Counted from the first letter of the stretch, positions 9,145 to 19,715 are shown. The stretch is DNA of 64,000 nucleotides from Treponemataceae bacterium (GCA_963678065.2 CAXXVZ010000002.1:288001-352000); one strand, 5' to 3'. The notes: generated by a model not told the origin, from the letters alone. Program-made: numbers and translations.

Positions 9145-10329
9145 TCACCAGAACAGTTCCTTCCGGCCGCACAGGCGCAGGACAGCTTCGACGAAGTAGT
9201 AGTCGCCGTAGATGATGGGCCTGTCGTTCGGCATGTCGTTCCCGTCGCGGTGGTAGGCGTGGCTTCCGTGCAGGAGGAGCCCCTGCTCGTCCAGGCCCCA
9301 GGCTCCGCAGTCGCGATCCAGGGCTTTCAGCATTTTGATGGCGGCGCCGCGGTAGAGGCCCTTTCCCAGTTCGGGCACGCTGTCCGCGATTTCGAGGAGG
9401 CCGGCCGCGGCGATGGCGCCGGCAGTGCTGTCCTTGGCGGTCGACTCCGCGGGGGCGCGGAAATCGATGTGCGGAACCCAGTCGTCGCAGACGTTGGCTA
9501 TGAAATAGTGGGCGACCCGCTTGGCGGCGTCGAGGATGGCGGGGTCGCCCGTGTGCCGATGGCTCAGCGCGAAGCCGTAGAGTCCCCAGGCCTGGCCCCG
9601 CGACCAGGAAGAGCCGACGCCGTAGCCCTGGCCGCCTATTGTCTCGACAACCTCGCCCGTCTCCGGGTCGAAGTTCACGATGTGGTTCATCGAGCCGTCG
9701 GGTCTCTGGATGGCCCTCATGGCCGTGGCGACGTGCTCCCGCGCGACATTCGCGAAGCGCTCGTCCGCCGCCTCTTTCGAGGCCCAGTACAGTATGGGCA
9801 GGTTCATGAGACAGTCGACGATGGCCCAGCCGGTCTTGTCGTCGTTCCAGGCGCGGATGAACTTCCCTTTCACGTTGTACCTCGACGCGAGGAGACTCGC
9901 CGCCGTCATGGCGCGCCTGCGCGAGCGCTCGTTCCCGGTGAGCTTGTACGAGGCCACGCTCGTGAGCGTCCACATGAAGCCGACATCGTGGTGGAGCCCG
10001 TCGTAGTTGTACAGGGCCTCGTCCATCTGGTTTTCGCAGGACTCGGCGATGGCGCGGAAGGATTCCGTGCCCGTTTCGCGGTACATGAGCCACATGAGCC
10101 CCGACCAGAAAGAGTTGGTCCACCAGGAGATCGGGTTCTCCCTGTGCCAGCCTTTGTATTTTCCACCCTCCGACACGAAGGGAAAGCTGTCCCCGATCTC
10201 GGGCGCCGTCGCGCCGAGCTTGTTCACGATCCTGCCGCGCAGGTCGTCGAGCCAGAGCCTGTTTTCATGTGAAAGCTCCATGGTCCCTGAAAATTCAGCG
10301 GTCTTTGAAGGTTCGGTAGTCATCGGCAT
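9145..10329 (-). CDS. GH88 unsaturated glucuronyl hydrolase
   Basis: WWTNSFWSG, HHDVGFMW, FIRAWN, IVDCLMN, SWSRGQAWGLYGF, KDSTAGAIAA, IIYGDYYFVEA. Confidence 0.93.
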   Translation of the reverse strand: MPMTTEPSKTAEFSGTMELSHENRLWLDDLRGRIVNKLGATAPEIGDSFPFVSEGGKYKGWHRENPISWWTNSFWSGLMWLMYRETGTESFRAIAESCENQMDEALYNYDGLHHDVGFMWTLTSVASYKLTGNERSRRRAMTAASLLASRYNVKGKFIRAWNDDKTGWAIVDCLMNLPILYWASKEAADERFANVAREHVATAMRAIQRPDGSMNHIVNFDPETGEVVETIGGQGYGVGSSWSRGQAWGLYGFALSHRHTGDPAILDAAKRVAHYFIANVCDDWVPHIDFRAPAESTAKDSTAGAIAAAGLLEIADSVPELGKGLYRGAAIKMLKALDRDCGAWGLDEQGLLLHGSHAYHRDGNDMPNDRPIIYGDYYFVEAVLRLCGRKELFW

Positions 10330-10362
10330 TTCATTCCTCCTGTATCGAAACGATCTGACGCT

Positions 10363-11592
10363 TCACGGGATATTCCTTTTTATTTCGGCGCGGTATTCAG
10401 CGGGATTCCTGCCGAAATGCCTGCGGAAAAGCTCACTGAAACGCCGCGCGTCGCCGAGGCCGACGGCCTCGGCAATCTCGCCGCCCGTCATCCCTGTCGT
10501 GAGAAGGAGCTTCCTCCCCGCCTCGACGCGCACGCGTGCGAGATAATCCTTGAAATTGACGCCCGTCCTCTTCTTGAAAAGCGCGCTGAAATAGTAGGGA
10601 TTCATGCAGGCGACATCGGCGGCGACGTTGAGCGACACCGGCTCCGCATAGTGCTCGTTGATGTACGCGATGACGCGGCCGACGCTCGCCGATTCCGCTC
10701 CTCTGGACTCCACGGATTCCGCTCCGCTTCCGAAGGCGGCTCCGAGGGCGGATTCGCAGCTCCCCCTGATGCCCGAAACAGTGCTGACAGTGCTGCCGCG
10801 GACAGCTCCGATGGCGATGCGGAGTTCCGCCATCGAGCCGCCCGAAGCCAGTTCCGCCACGCCCGCGGGGTCTTCCTCCGGCCCGTGTCCGATCACGAGG
10901 AGGATGATCCCTTCCCGCTCGGCCGAAACCATCTTTTCCTTCGATCCGGAAAAGCGCCTGAAGAAATTCAGGGCGGCGAAATGGACGAGCCTTTTGCCGG
11001 GCGGAGGATTCTGGCCATTTTCCGCCCCGGAAACCCTCTCAACAAAAGCGAAGGCCGTGTAATAGGGCCATTCCCGCAGGGGAAGGAGATCGGAGTAATC
11101 ATCCTCGGGCCTGGGTTCGGGGACGGAACCGGCGATGGGATCCGCCGCGGCAGCGGCTTGTGGTCCGTGCCGCCCCTGATCCGCCTGGACTTCGCGGGAC
11201 AGAGGTGACCTCTCGCGCCCCGCAAGCTGGGCAGCCCTGGCGAGCGCGCGTTTGAGATCCTCGACATGGATGGGCTTCAAAAGGTAATCGACCGCGCCGT
11301 AAGCCACGGCATCCCGCGCAAACGAGAAGTCGCGGTGGCCGCTCAGGAAAATCACCTTCACGGGAAGACCCGAAACACAGACGAGCTTGAGTATCTCCAC
11401 GCCTGACATGCCCGGCATGCAGATGTCGGAGACGAGGATGTCGGGCTTGAGCTCCACGAGGAGACGGGCCGTCGCCTGCCCCTCCGATGCCTCGCCGACG
11501 ATGGTGTATCCAAGCTCCTCCCAGGGGATGATTTTTTTCAGGCCCCTGACGATGAAGGGCTCGTCGTCGGCTATGAGGACCCTATACGGCAT
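10363..11592 (-). CDS. YesN-like response regulator (receiver + AraC HTH)
   Basis: LIADDEP, SDICMPGMSG, DYLLKP; C-terminal MNPYYFSALFKKRTG and FSELFRRHFGRNP. Confidence 0.92.
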   Translation of the reverse strand: MPYRVLIADDEPFIVRGLKKIIPWEELGYTIVGEASEGQATARLLVELKPDILVSDICMPGMSGVEILKLVCVSGLPVKVIFLSGHRDFSFARDAVAYGAVDYLLKPIHVEDLKRALARAAQLAGRERSPLSREVQADQGRHGPQAAAAADPIAGSVPEPRPEDDYSDLLPLREWPYYTAFAFVERVSGAENGQNPPPGKRLVHFAALNFFRRFSGSKEKMVSAEREGIILLVIGHGPEEDPAGVAELASGGSMAELRIAIGAVRGSTVSTVSGIRGSCESALGAAFGSGAESVESRGAESASVGRVIAYINEHYAEPVSLNVAADVACMNPYYFSALFKKRTGVNFKDYLARVRVEAGRKLLLTTGMTGGEIAEAVGLGDARRFSELFRRHFGRNPAEYRAEIKRNIP

Positions 11593-13408
11593 CGGGGACC
11601 TCCGGTTCCGCCCGCGACCCGAGCGGAATGATGGCGCGCACGACTGTCCCCATACCCTGGGCTGTCTCTATGTCGAGGCCGGCCTTCTGCCCGTACCGCA
11701 GCTTGAGCCGGAAATGCACCCCGCTCAATCCGAGAAAGCGCGCGCTGGCAGTCTGCGCGACCTCTGCCGGCCGCGCATCCTGGACCGTCCCGGCCGTGCT
11801 CTGCCCGAGCGCCTTCTGTATCTCGGCCAGCTTTTCCGGACTCATGCCGACGCCATCGTCGTAGACGCAGATCTCCAGCCTGGCATCCGAATCGCGACCT
11901 TCGATGCGCGCGGTGACCCGCACCGTCCCCTTCCACTGCCGGGGACCGAGGCCGTGGAGCATGGCATTCTCCACGAGGGGCTGGAGGGTGAGCTTGGGCA
12001 CCTGCACGGAGCGGAGTGCCTCGGGGACGTCCATCTCGAGGGCGAATCCGCCATCCTTGCGCAGGGACAGAAGCCTGTAATAGTCGGCAGCCATGCCGAG
12101 CTCGCGATCGAGGCTCACCTCGTCGAAATCTTCCTCGAGAAGGTAGCGGAGCTGGGAGGACAGGGCTCGTATCATCTCGGCCGCCGTCTCGTCGCGGGCG
12201 TCGATGGCCGCCATCCTGATCACCTCGAGGGTGTTCGCGAGGAAGTGCGGCTTGAGACGCGATCGCAGCGCATCGAGCTCGGCCTCCCGCCTTCCGATGC
12301 GCGCGACGAATTCCCGGTCGATGTAGTCCTTGAGCTCGGCGCTCATCGTGTTGAACGAGCGGGAGAGAACGCCGAACTCGTCGTCCTGTCCCGCAGGGAG
12401 TCTCTGGCTGAAATCGCCCGACTCGACCTTCTTGAAGGCGCGCAGAATTCCCGAGAGCGGTCTCGAGAACATGCGTGAAAACAGAATGGCGAAGACCACG
12501 ATGGCGAGGGCACAGAAGACCGTGCCCGCGATCAGGTAGGGCAGGAGGCCGGCCGAATGAGCGGTGAGGTCGCGCTTGGAAACCCGGATCGAGAGGATCC
12601 AGTCCCTCATTTCCAGCGGGCGCGAAAGCTCGTAGAAGTCTGTCGCCTTTTTCCCGCCCGCCGCGGTCCCGGCGAAGAGCGCCCCGTTCCGGTCGACGAG
12701 GCTGTAGGAACCCTGGATGCCCAGGTCGAGCCCCGTGAGGCTCCTTCCGAACACGGCCGGATCGACATCGACGAGAATGATCGCGGGCGTGATCTCGCCA
12801 TCCCTCGAAGGAAGCGTCGAGAGGTCGTAATAATTCCGCGCAAAGGTGACGACGGAGGAGCCCGATTTCGCGTAGGCGCTGTCAGGGCGTGGCGGAACGA
12901 CGACGAGCTTCTTGCCCGAAGCGCGGATTCTCTCGAACCAGGGAAGGCTCCTGTAGTCGAAGCCGACGCGCAGCTCCTTGTTCCTTCTGGTTACCTGAAA
13001 AACTTTACCGTCATCTTCCACGAGGGTGGCCGCCTGAATCCATGGATCGGAATACAGGATGGCTTCCAGACAGCCTTCTATCTTGGACGCGACCGCGAGG
13101 CTGTCGGCCCTCGTTCCGGGACCGATAAAATCCGCGAGCCCGTTCGCGGTGCCCGTGCGGTAGGAATAGACGAGCTGGGTTACTTCGTCGTAGCCGCGCG
13201 CTATCGAGTCGACAGTCCCCGCGTGGTACTCGAGGAGGCGCTCGAAGTTGGCCATGGAAAAGCGCGCGAGGTTTTCCTGGAAGGCCAGGAACATGCCCAC
13301 GGAGAAGACCGCGAAGGGGATGAAGTCGAGGGCGAGGAGGGCTATCGCGAATTTCGCGAAAATGCCCGGACGGCGCGGCCTGAACCGCTTTTCGCCTCTG
13401 TGTGACAT
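11582..13408 (-). CDS. YesM-like sensor histidine kinase (Cache, HAMP, His_kinase, HATPase)
   Basis: Two TM segments, HAMP DEFGVLSRSFNTM, LKPHFLANTLE, LQPLVENAMLHG, DDGVGM. Confidence 0.92.
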   Translation of the reverse strand: MSHRGEKRFRPRRPGIFAKFAIALLALDFIPFAVFSVGMFLAFQENLARFSMANFERLLEYHAGTVDSIARGYDEVTQLVYSYRTGTANGLADFIGPGTRADSLAVASKIEGCLEAILYSDPWIQAATLVEDDGKVFQVTRRNKELRVGFDYRSLPWFERIRASGKKLVVVPPRPDSAYAKSGSSVVTFARNYYDLSTLPSRDGEITPAIILVDVDPAVFGRSLTGLDLGIQGSYSLVDRNGALFAGTAAGGKKATDFYELSRPLEMRDWILSIRVSKRDLTAHSAGLLPYLIAGTVFCALAIVVFAILFSRMFSRPLSGILRAFKKVESGDFSQRLPAGQDDEFGVLSRSFNTMSAELKDYIDREFVARIGRREAELDALRSRLKPHFLANTLEVIRMAAIDARDETAAEMIRALSSQLRYLLEEDFDEVSLDRELGMAADYYRLLSLRKDGGFALEMDVPEALRSVQVPKLTLQPLVENAMLHGLGPRQWKGTVRVTARIEGRDSDARLEICVYDDGVGMSPEKLAEIQKALGQSTAGTVQDARPAEVAQTASARFLGLSGVHFRLKLRYGQKAGLDIETAQGMGTVVRAIIPLGSRAEPEVPDAV

Positions 13409-13522
13409 GCTCCGTCCCGCTCCTTGCGTTCCCGCGTTTTCGCTTTTCGCGCTGTGTCCGGTGCGCAGGCCTCAACCTTTGGCCGCGCCGCGAAGGATTA
13501 ACCCTTGACTGACCTTCGGGGC

Positions 13523-14365
13523 TTAGCCCTTGGCCGCGCCGGCGGTGATTCCCTTCACGAAGTACTTCTGCAGGCTCAAGAATACCACGAGCACGGGAAT
13601 CATTGCACAGACCGTGCCGGCGAAGACGACGTCCCAGCGCGACGCGAACTGGTCGACGAAGGAGAATATCTCGACATTGATGGTCTTGGCCCGGTCCGAT
13701 GGCAGGACGAGCAGCGGCATGAGGAAATCGTTCCAGATTCCCATTCCGTTCAGCACGACGAGGCTGGCGGTGCAGGGCGCGAGGAGGGGAAACACGATGG
13801 ACCAGTAGGTCCGGAAGGGACTCGCGCCGTCGATGTAGGCCGATTCCTCGATCTCCCTCGGAACTCCCTTGATGAAGCTCGTGTACAAAAGGACGCCGAA
13901 GCAGGAGGCGCCCGAAATGTAGACGACGATGGGTCCGGCCATTGTTCCGAAGAGCCCGAAGACCTTCAGCTGCTTGAAGAGCGGAATCATGTAGACCTGG
14001 AAGGGAACCATCATGCCCGCGATGAAGAGGATGTAGAGGATCGAAGTCAGCTTCGATTTGTGCCGCTCGATGCCGTAGGCGGCCATCGGGACGAAAAAGA
14101 CGATGAGGATTTCGGAGACGATGGTGAGGAAGGCCGAATTGAGGACGGCTGCGGGGAATTTCGTTTTCTGGAAGAGGTAGGCGAAGTTGTTGAGGCGCAG
14201 TGCCTGAGGCATGGCGATGGGGTCGCGCAGTATTTCTCCGTTGGTCTTGAGCGCCGAAATGATGCTGAGGAAGATGGGGAAGAATGAGATGGCGGCGAGT
14301 ATGGCCGCGATACATGCGAGAAACCACGCCGCGCGGCGTTTGCGGCGGAACGACAGGCTTTTCAC
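13523..14365 (-). CDS. Carbohydrate ABC transporter permease (MalG-like)
   Basis: EAA loop EIEESAYIDGAS, WNDFLMP, QKYFVKGITAGAAKG; GTG start overlaps upstream TGA. Confidence 0.92.
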   Translation of the reverse strand: MKSLSFRRKRRAAWFLACIAAILAAISFFPIFLSIISALKTNGEILRDPIAMPQALRLNNFAYLFQKTKFPAAVLNSAFLTIVSEILIVFFVPMAAYGIERHKSKLTSILYILFIAGMMVPFQVYMIPLFKQLKVFGLFGTMAGPIVVYISGASCFGVLLYTSFIKGVPREIEESAYIDGASPFRTYWSIVFPLLAPCTASLVVLNGMGIWNDFLMPLLVLPSDRAKTINVEIFSFVDQFASRWDVVFAGTVCAMIPVLVVFLSLQKYFVKGITAGAAKG

Positions 14366-15231
14366 AGCTGCACCTCCCGCTTCCTGAGGAAGGTGACCTG
14401 GAAGACCGAGATTACGAGTATGACGGCGAAGAGCACGAGGGCCAGGGCCGTCCCGTACCCCTGTCTGCCCTCGCCGAAGGCGACGCGGTAGATGATGTAG
14501 GTGACCGTCTCGGAAGTGAAGCCGGGACCTCCGTCCGTCATGACGGCTATCTGGTCGAAGACTTTCATCCCGTTCACGAGGGCGAGAGTGAGGTTGACGG
14601 TCATCGCGCCCGCGATGAGGGGGAAGATGACGCTCGAGAATTGCCGCAGTCGCCCCGCCCCGTCGATGCGCGCCGCCTCCATGAGTTCCTGGGGCACTCC
14701 CTGGAGCGCGGCGAGGTAGATGACCATGTAGTATCCCGCCCCCTGCCAGATAATCGTGAGGATAATCGCGGGAACCGTGAAGCGCGGGTTGCCGAGCCAG
14801 TCCGTTTTCAGCGCCGCGAGGCCCAGTTTCTGAAGCACAGCGTTGATGACGCCGAAGTTGTAGTTGTACATGATCGACCATATGAATCCGACCACGATGC
14901 CGCTCAGAAGGACAGGCAGGTAGAATATGGTCCGGAAAATATTCTTGCTCTCTCCGAGGTTGTCGACGATGAGGGCGAGGACGAGGGCGAGTCCGTTCCA
15001 TCCGATCGTCAGGGAGAGCGCTATCATGAGCGTGTTCCCGAGCGCGTGGCCGAATCGCTGGCTCGAGAGTATTTCGCGGAAATTGGCGAGCCCGATGAAG
15101 GGCATGACGGGATTGACCCCATCCCAGGACGTCAGGCTGAACCACACCGAACTCGCGATCGGCGCGAGGACGAAGCCCGCGTACAGGATGAAGGCCGGGG
15201 CGATGAAGGCCAGGGCCGTCGTCTTTTTCAT
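14362..15231 (-). CDS. Carbohydrate ABC transporter permease (MalF-like)
   Basis: FIGLANF, ELMEAARIDGAG, MTDGGPG. Confidence 0.93.
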   Translation of the reverse strand: MKKTTALAFIAPAFILYAGFVLAPIASSVWFSLTSWDGVNPVMPFIGLANFREILSSQRFGHALGNTLMIALSLTIGWNGLALVLALIVDNLGESKNIFRTIFYLPVLLSGIVVGFIWSIMYNYNFGVINAVLQKLGLAALKTDWLGNPRFTVPAIILTIIWQGAGYYMVIYLAALQGVPQELMEAARIDGAGRLRQFSSVIFPLIAGAMTVNLTLALVNGMKVFDQIAVMTDGGPGFTSETVTYIIYRVAFGEGRQGYGTALALVLFAVILVISVFQVTFLRKREVQL

Positions 15232-15253
15232 TCTCTCCCCCCGACGCGCTGCC

Positions 15254-16525
15254 TTACTTCGGAATTCCGACCCCGGTCACGGGGTTGAAGGACTTGGCTT
15301 CGAGATCCCACTCGGCGTCGAGCCGCTTAAGCCCTTCGTCGAGACTCCCTCCGATGAGGAGTTCAGCAGCCGTCTTGTAGGCGAAGTTGCGGAAGGCGGG
15401 AGGCAGCTCGTTCAGGCTCACCTTGTTGTTCCACATGAGCTGTTTGGAAGGAACCTTTCCGTATACCGAGAGAACCTTTTCGAGCACGGGCGCGGCCTTG
15501 TAGTTGATCTCTTCGACCGTGGAGGGAATGGCGCTCATCGCGGAGGCGAACTTGACATAGTTGTCTTTCCTGAAGAAGAACTTGATGAAATCGACGCAGG
15601 CCTTGAGCCTGACCGGGTCCTTGGCGGCCTCGGCCGAGATCGCCCAACCCTGGGCAGTGGAGCCGCCGAAGAGATTCAGCTTGCCGTCGAGGGAAGGAAG
15701 CGGGAACCATCCGAGTTCGAAGGAGGGATCGGCGTCCTTGATCTGCTGGAACATCCAGGTGCCGGAGAAGAGCATGGCGGCCTTCCCGCTCACGAGGATG
15801 GATGCTGTCTGATTGTCGGCCGTGGAGAGGAAGCCAGGGTCGACATAGCCTGCGCGGAAAAGGTCGACGAAGGCCTGCATGCCGCGGCGGGGCTCGGCGT
15901 CCGTCCACTTCACCTTGCCTCGGTAGCGGTCGGCGATCCAGTTGGGATTCTTCGCGGTGACTTCGTCGAAGAAATACTTGCTCCAGAGGAAGCCGAGGTG
16001 CCAGATATCCTTGCCGCCCACGACCATCGGGGAGACGCTCTTCGCCTTGATCTTGTCGCAGAGTTCGGTGAACTCCTTGTAGGTCTTGGGCTCGGAGAGC
16101 TTGTTGTCGCGGAAGAATTTCGCGTTGTACATCATGCCGAGCGGAGCCTGAGCCATAAGGGAGACCGTGTAGACCTTGCCGTCGAACTGTACGGGATTTT
16201 CGACGAGGTCGACGACTTCCGCGGGCAGGACGGCGAGCTTCCCGGCGCGCACGTACATAGGCGTGTCGCGCATCTCGATCAGGTCGGGGAATTCGCCCAC
16301 CGCGTCTTTGACCTTGATGAAATCGAGGTAGGGGCCGGAGGGAGAGGGATATTCCGTCACCTTCACGCCGGGATTCGCCTTCATGAAGGCGGCCACGGAA
16401 TTGGAGATCAGTTCCTTGGCGAGCGGATCTCCGCCCGCGTAGATCATGGAAATCTTGATCTGCGCCGACGCGATGCCGGCCGCCATCGCGAGGGCTAGCG
16501 CTGCCATCACCAGTTTCTTCGACAT
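15254..16525 (-). CDS. Carbohydrate ABC substrate-binding protein
   Basis: Signal peptide, YNAKFF, PKTYKEF, GKAAMLFSGTW; first gene of the operon. Confidence 0.9.
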   Translation of the reverse strand: MSKKLVMAALALAMAAGIASAQIKISMIYAGGDPLAKELISNSVAAFMKANPGVKVTEYPSPSGPYLDFIKVKDAVGEFPDLIEMRDTPMYVRAGKLAVLPAEVVDLVENPVQFDGKVYTVSLMAQAPLGMMYNAKFFRDNKLSEPKTYKEFTELCDKIKAKSVSPMVVGGKDIWHLGFLWSKYFFDEVTAKNPNWIADRYRGKVKWTDAEPRRGMQAFVDLFRAGYVDPGFLSTADNQTASILVSGKAAMLFSGTWMFQQIKDADPSFELGWFPLPSLDGKLNLFGGSTAQGWAISAEAAKDPVRLKACVDFIKFFFRKDNYVKFASAMSAIPSTVEEINYKAAPVLEKVLSVYGKVPSKQLMWNNKVSLNELPPAFRNFAYKTAAELLIGGSLDEGLKRLDAEWDLEAKSFNPVTGVGIPK

Positions 16526-16845
16526 AGGGACCCCCTGTTATCATTCACGCGCTTCTCTCCCCGTGGATGTCCGGACTCGCCCGGCGGGGAAGAATGCGCA
16601 TTCTCTGCAGCATCATGGTGGGGGCGAATTCCCGAATCCGCAATGCGGCCTTTTTAGTGACTTGCTGCCTGATTTTTAAGCACGTGCCCCCTGTCGGCCA
16701 GAATCGGGGATGCCACTCCTTGCGCCCTTTCCGGACGGAATGAATACTGCGTGGGCAGGCGGCAGACCTGAAAGCGGCGCGGGCCCGGCGACCGCCTGTC
16801 GGCCCATCACGACTCACAGCAACAGGCCGCGGCAGGGAGAGCGAA

Positions 16846-19086
16846 ATGACGGACGCGAAGAACGACGAACCCTTCATCAACATCTGGTTCGGCAATTTCT
16901 ACGAGCCGGCCTACAGCGACAGGAGCTTCGTGGACCACGCCCTCGACGAGATACGGGAACTCGGCTTCAACAATGTCATGCTGGACTCGAAATCCTGGGA
17001 AGACTTCTTCGCGCGCTACGATGGCGCCCAGGCGAGCCCCTATGTGCACATGCAGGAATACATGATGGAAGCGATGCGTTCGCGTTCGCTGTCGCATAAC
17101 TTCCTCGCCATCTACCTCAACGGGGACAACCTCTATCCCCACATCCGTTTCAGCCCTCCCGTCTACGGCGAATCCGTGACAGCCGCCGACGGAAGCGACG
17201 GGCGCTGGTACAAATACTGGTCACCGAAAGCCCGCGACCTGATGATCTCCCACGTGGCCGGCCTCTTGCGTCTTTATCGCGACAATCACTCCGAATTGAA
17301 AGTCGACGGCCGCATCCGCCTTCCCCTGTGCAGCATGTGGGACCCCATCGTCGCCCCGAGCTTCGACGACGAAGGCATCGCGCGCTACCGGTCCTGGCTG
17401 GCCGCGGAGTACGGCCGCGACATCGGGCGGCTCAACGGTGCCTACGGGAGCGAGTTCGCCGGATTCGACGAGCTCGCTCCCGCCGATTACTGGTACCCGC
17501 TCAAGTACGGCGCGGCCACCCTGTTCACCAAAGACGATGTCGATGCCCTTTCGCCGGCCTTCCGGATCTGGACCGACAACATGAAGTGGAGGTTATTCGA
17601 ACTCGCAGACTATTTCGCCGCCATGAAAACCCGTTTCGCGGCCCTGGACTCCGGACTCTGGCTGAGTCCGAACATCAGCCAGTGGAACATCTTCCTCAAC
17701 ATCAACGGCTCGCGGCTTCCCGGAGTCTCCTTCGGCGACCTCTGGGACACGGCCAACCGCGGCATCGATCCCTTCGTCCTTTGCGACACTGTGGACAACT
17801 GCACGTTCACGGTCGTGCCTGTCAGTCCGCAGGGAGACGCCGACGCTTACGTCGCGGCCTGCCAGGCCGCCATGATACGGAGCATGAACCGCGGCAGGGA
17901 TTTCACGGTCGGCATCTTCTTCGGCCGCTTCCTGTACAACGACATCTACCGTTGCGTCAGCCCCGCCGAGACGGTCGCGAGCGTCGTCGCCTCGGGCGCG
18001 TCCGGCTACTTCGTCTACGGCTACGGCGGCATGGACGACGGCGGCATCATGCACAGGATGGACCCGGCCTTCAAGGAATCGATCCGTGCGGGAAATGCCT
18101 GGGCGAAGGAAGTCATCCCCCTTCTCGGCGCGAAAAAATCGGATGGCATCGCCATCCTCTACCCCTCGGCCATGGCACTCCTCGAACCTCTCGGCGTAGA
18201 GGGCAATGAGGAGAGGAGGCTGGATTTTCTCGGCTCGTACCGCTCGGCGTGCGACTCAGGCTTCCATCCCGACATCCTCTCGATAGAACAGATCGCCGAA
18301 GGCGGGCTCGAGGGCTACTCGACTCTCGTCATCCCCGCCGACGACTGCTACGCCGCACGGCCGGTTCCCGAAGCCGAGCGGAGGCTCGACGAATGGGTCC
18401 GCGCAGGTGGCACTCTCATCCACGGCCCGCGCGACCGCCTTGTCAAAAACGCCTTCGGGATCGAGGGGCGCCGGATGGAAAAGGATTGCATGCTCTACCA
18501 CGAAAAAGCGCTCGTGCAGGGCAGCGATTTCGAGTCTTTCTCTGAAGGGGAGGCTGTGGCCACGTGGATCGGAAGCGGTGGAATCTGCGTCGCGCGCCAC
18601 GGCAGAGGCGCCGGCCGGATCTACTCCTTCGGATTCAGATACGGCTACTCATATATCGCCCGCATCGCGCCCCACGTCCCGCAGGAACAGGGGAACCAGG
18701 AGTTGTACCCTGTCGCCTACCTGTCGCGCGATCCGTTCAGGGACATCCTCGCCGCGGACTTTGCCGATCGAGCTGGGGATATCGGCCCGAATGCCGGTCG
18801 CAGCCCCTGCCGGGGAGTCAAGGACATCGAGTTCGCCGCCTTCGAAAACGGGCTCGTCATTGTAAATCATTCGTCCTACCCGTACAGACTGGATGATCCG
18901 GCACGCGTCGACGCGGCCACAACCGCCGTCGCTGCTGGGGGCGGAGCGGCGGGCACAAATCCGGACATGGGCGCGCTCAGGTCTGGGGCTGGACAGCGGC
19001 ATTTCCAGATACCGGCGGGCAATGACATCCTCATGCCCCATTCGGCGGTGTTCATCGGAAGGCGCGGGAATCTACGGCCTGTCTAG
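16846..19086 (+). CDS. GH42-like glycoside hydrolase with trimerisation/GATase-like domain; specificity unknown
   Basis: IRELGFNNV, YRSWLAAEYGRDIGRLNGAYGSEFAGFDEL (GH42-like), IAILYP, LDEWVRAGGTLI, GRGAGRIYSFG; divergent from the ABC operon. Confidence 0.65.
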   Translation: MTDAKNDEPFINIWFGNFYEPAYSDRSFVDHALDEIRELGFNNVMLDSKSWEDFFARYDGAQASPYVHMQEYMMEAMRSRSLSHNFLAIYLNGDNLYPHIRFSPPVYGESVTAADGSDGRWYKYWSPKARDLMISHVAGLLRLYRDNHSELKVDGRIRLPLCSMWDPIVAPSFDDEGIARYRSWLAAEYGRDIGRLNGAYGSEFAGFDELAPADYWYPLKYGAATLFTKDDVDALSPAFRIWTDNMKWRLFELADYFAAMKTRFAALDSGLWLSPNISQWNIFLNINGSRLPGVSFGDLWDTANRGIDPFVLCDTVDNCTFTVVPVSPQGDADAYVAACQAAMIRSMNRGRDFTVGIFFGRFLYNDIYRCVSPAETVASVVASGASGYFVYGYGGMDDGGIMHRMDPAFKESIRAGNAWAKEVIPLLGAKKSDGIAILYPSAMALLEPLGVEGNEERRLDFLGSYRSACDSGFHPDILSIEQIAEGGLEGYSTLVIPADDCYAARPVPEAERRLDEWVRAGGTLIHGPRDRLVKNAFGIEGRRMEKDCMLYHEKALVQGSDFESFSEGEAVATWIGSGGICVARHGRGAGRIYSFGFRYGYSYIARIAPHVPQEQGNQELYPVAYLSRDPFRDILAADFADRAGDIGPNAGRSPCRGVKDIEFAAFENGLVIVNHSSYPYRLDDPARVDAATTAVAAGGGAAGTNPDMGALRSGAGQRHFQIPAGNDILMPHSAVFIGRRGNLRPV

Positions 19087-19316
19087 ACCATGAAAGCCGA
19101 CGGTCATAAGCCGCATCGACATCCACATCATGTCTTTGACAAATTGCCCGCGGCAAAAGCTCCGGAAAAAATTCGACTGTCGCTGTATCGTCTCGACCTG
19201 TCGGACCATTGAACGCTTCCCGGAGGGGTGGGTGTATTGCTTGCTTTGGGCTGTACGGGATGGCCCTGTCTCGCTGGCACCAAGTACTTCAGTCGACGCA
19301 ATACCCGCACAACCTG

Positions 19317-19715
19317 TCAGTACGCACATCCGGAGACGAGGATCACGTTGCCGCAGTGAATGCCAAAGTCGCCGGTGCGAATGACAGCGAATGACTTCTT
19401 CATCTCCGCGTGGAACTGCGGCCCCTGTACGAACTCAATGGGGATACCGTCCAGCAGTTTTTCGAGCTTCAAAAGCGTTTCCGGCGCACGCTCATGGATT
19501 TCGGTAGTGATGATCGCCCGTTCGACGCAGAACTCTGCGAGGACACCTTCGAGTACTTGCGCGTTTGTCGGAACATTCGGGATAAACGAAAGATCGACTA
19601 GTTCGACGTCATCCGGAATTCCAAAACCGGAATCGACAATCGCCACGTATTTCCTGTGGCCCGCACTCGCCAGCGCCCGCTTCAACTGCGGATTGAGAAT
19701 TCCGCCTCTTATCAT
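19317..19715 (-). CDS. RbsD/FucU family pyranase/mutarotase
   Basis: GILNPQL..LASAGH, IVDSGFGIP, VDLSF..NVP, AVIRTGD..GNVILVSG. Confidence 0.88.
   Translation of the reverse strand: MIRGGILNPQLKRALASAGHRKYVAIVDSGFGIPDDVELVDLSFIPNVPTNAQVLEGVLAEFCVERAIITTEIHERAPETLLKLEKLLDGIPIEFVQGPQFHAEMKKSFAVIRTGDFGIHCGNVILVSGCAY

Noticed and set aside
16526..16845. Response-regulator binding repeats or riboswitch in the divergent intergenic region
   Set aside because: A regulatory role is likely from position, but I could not identify a convincing repeat or promoter pair.
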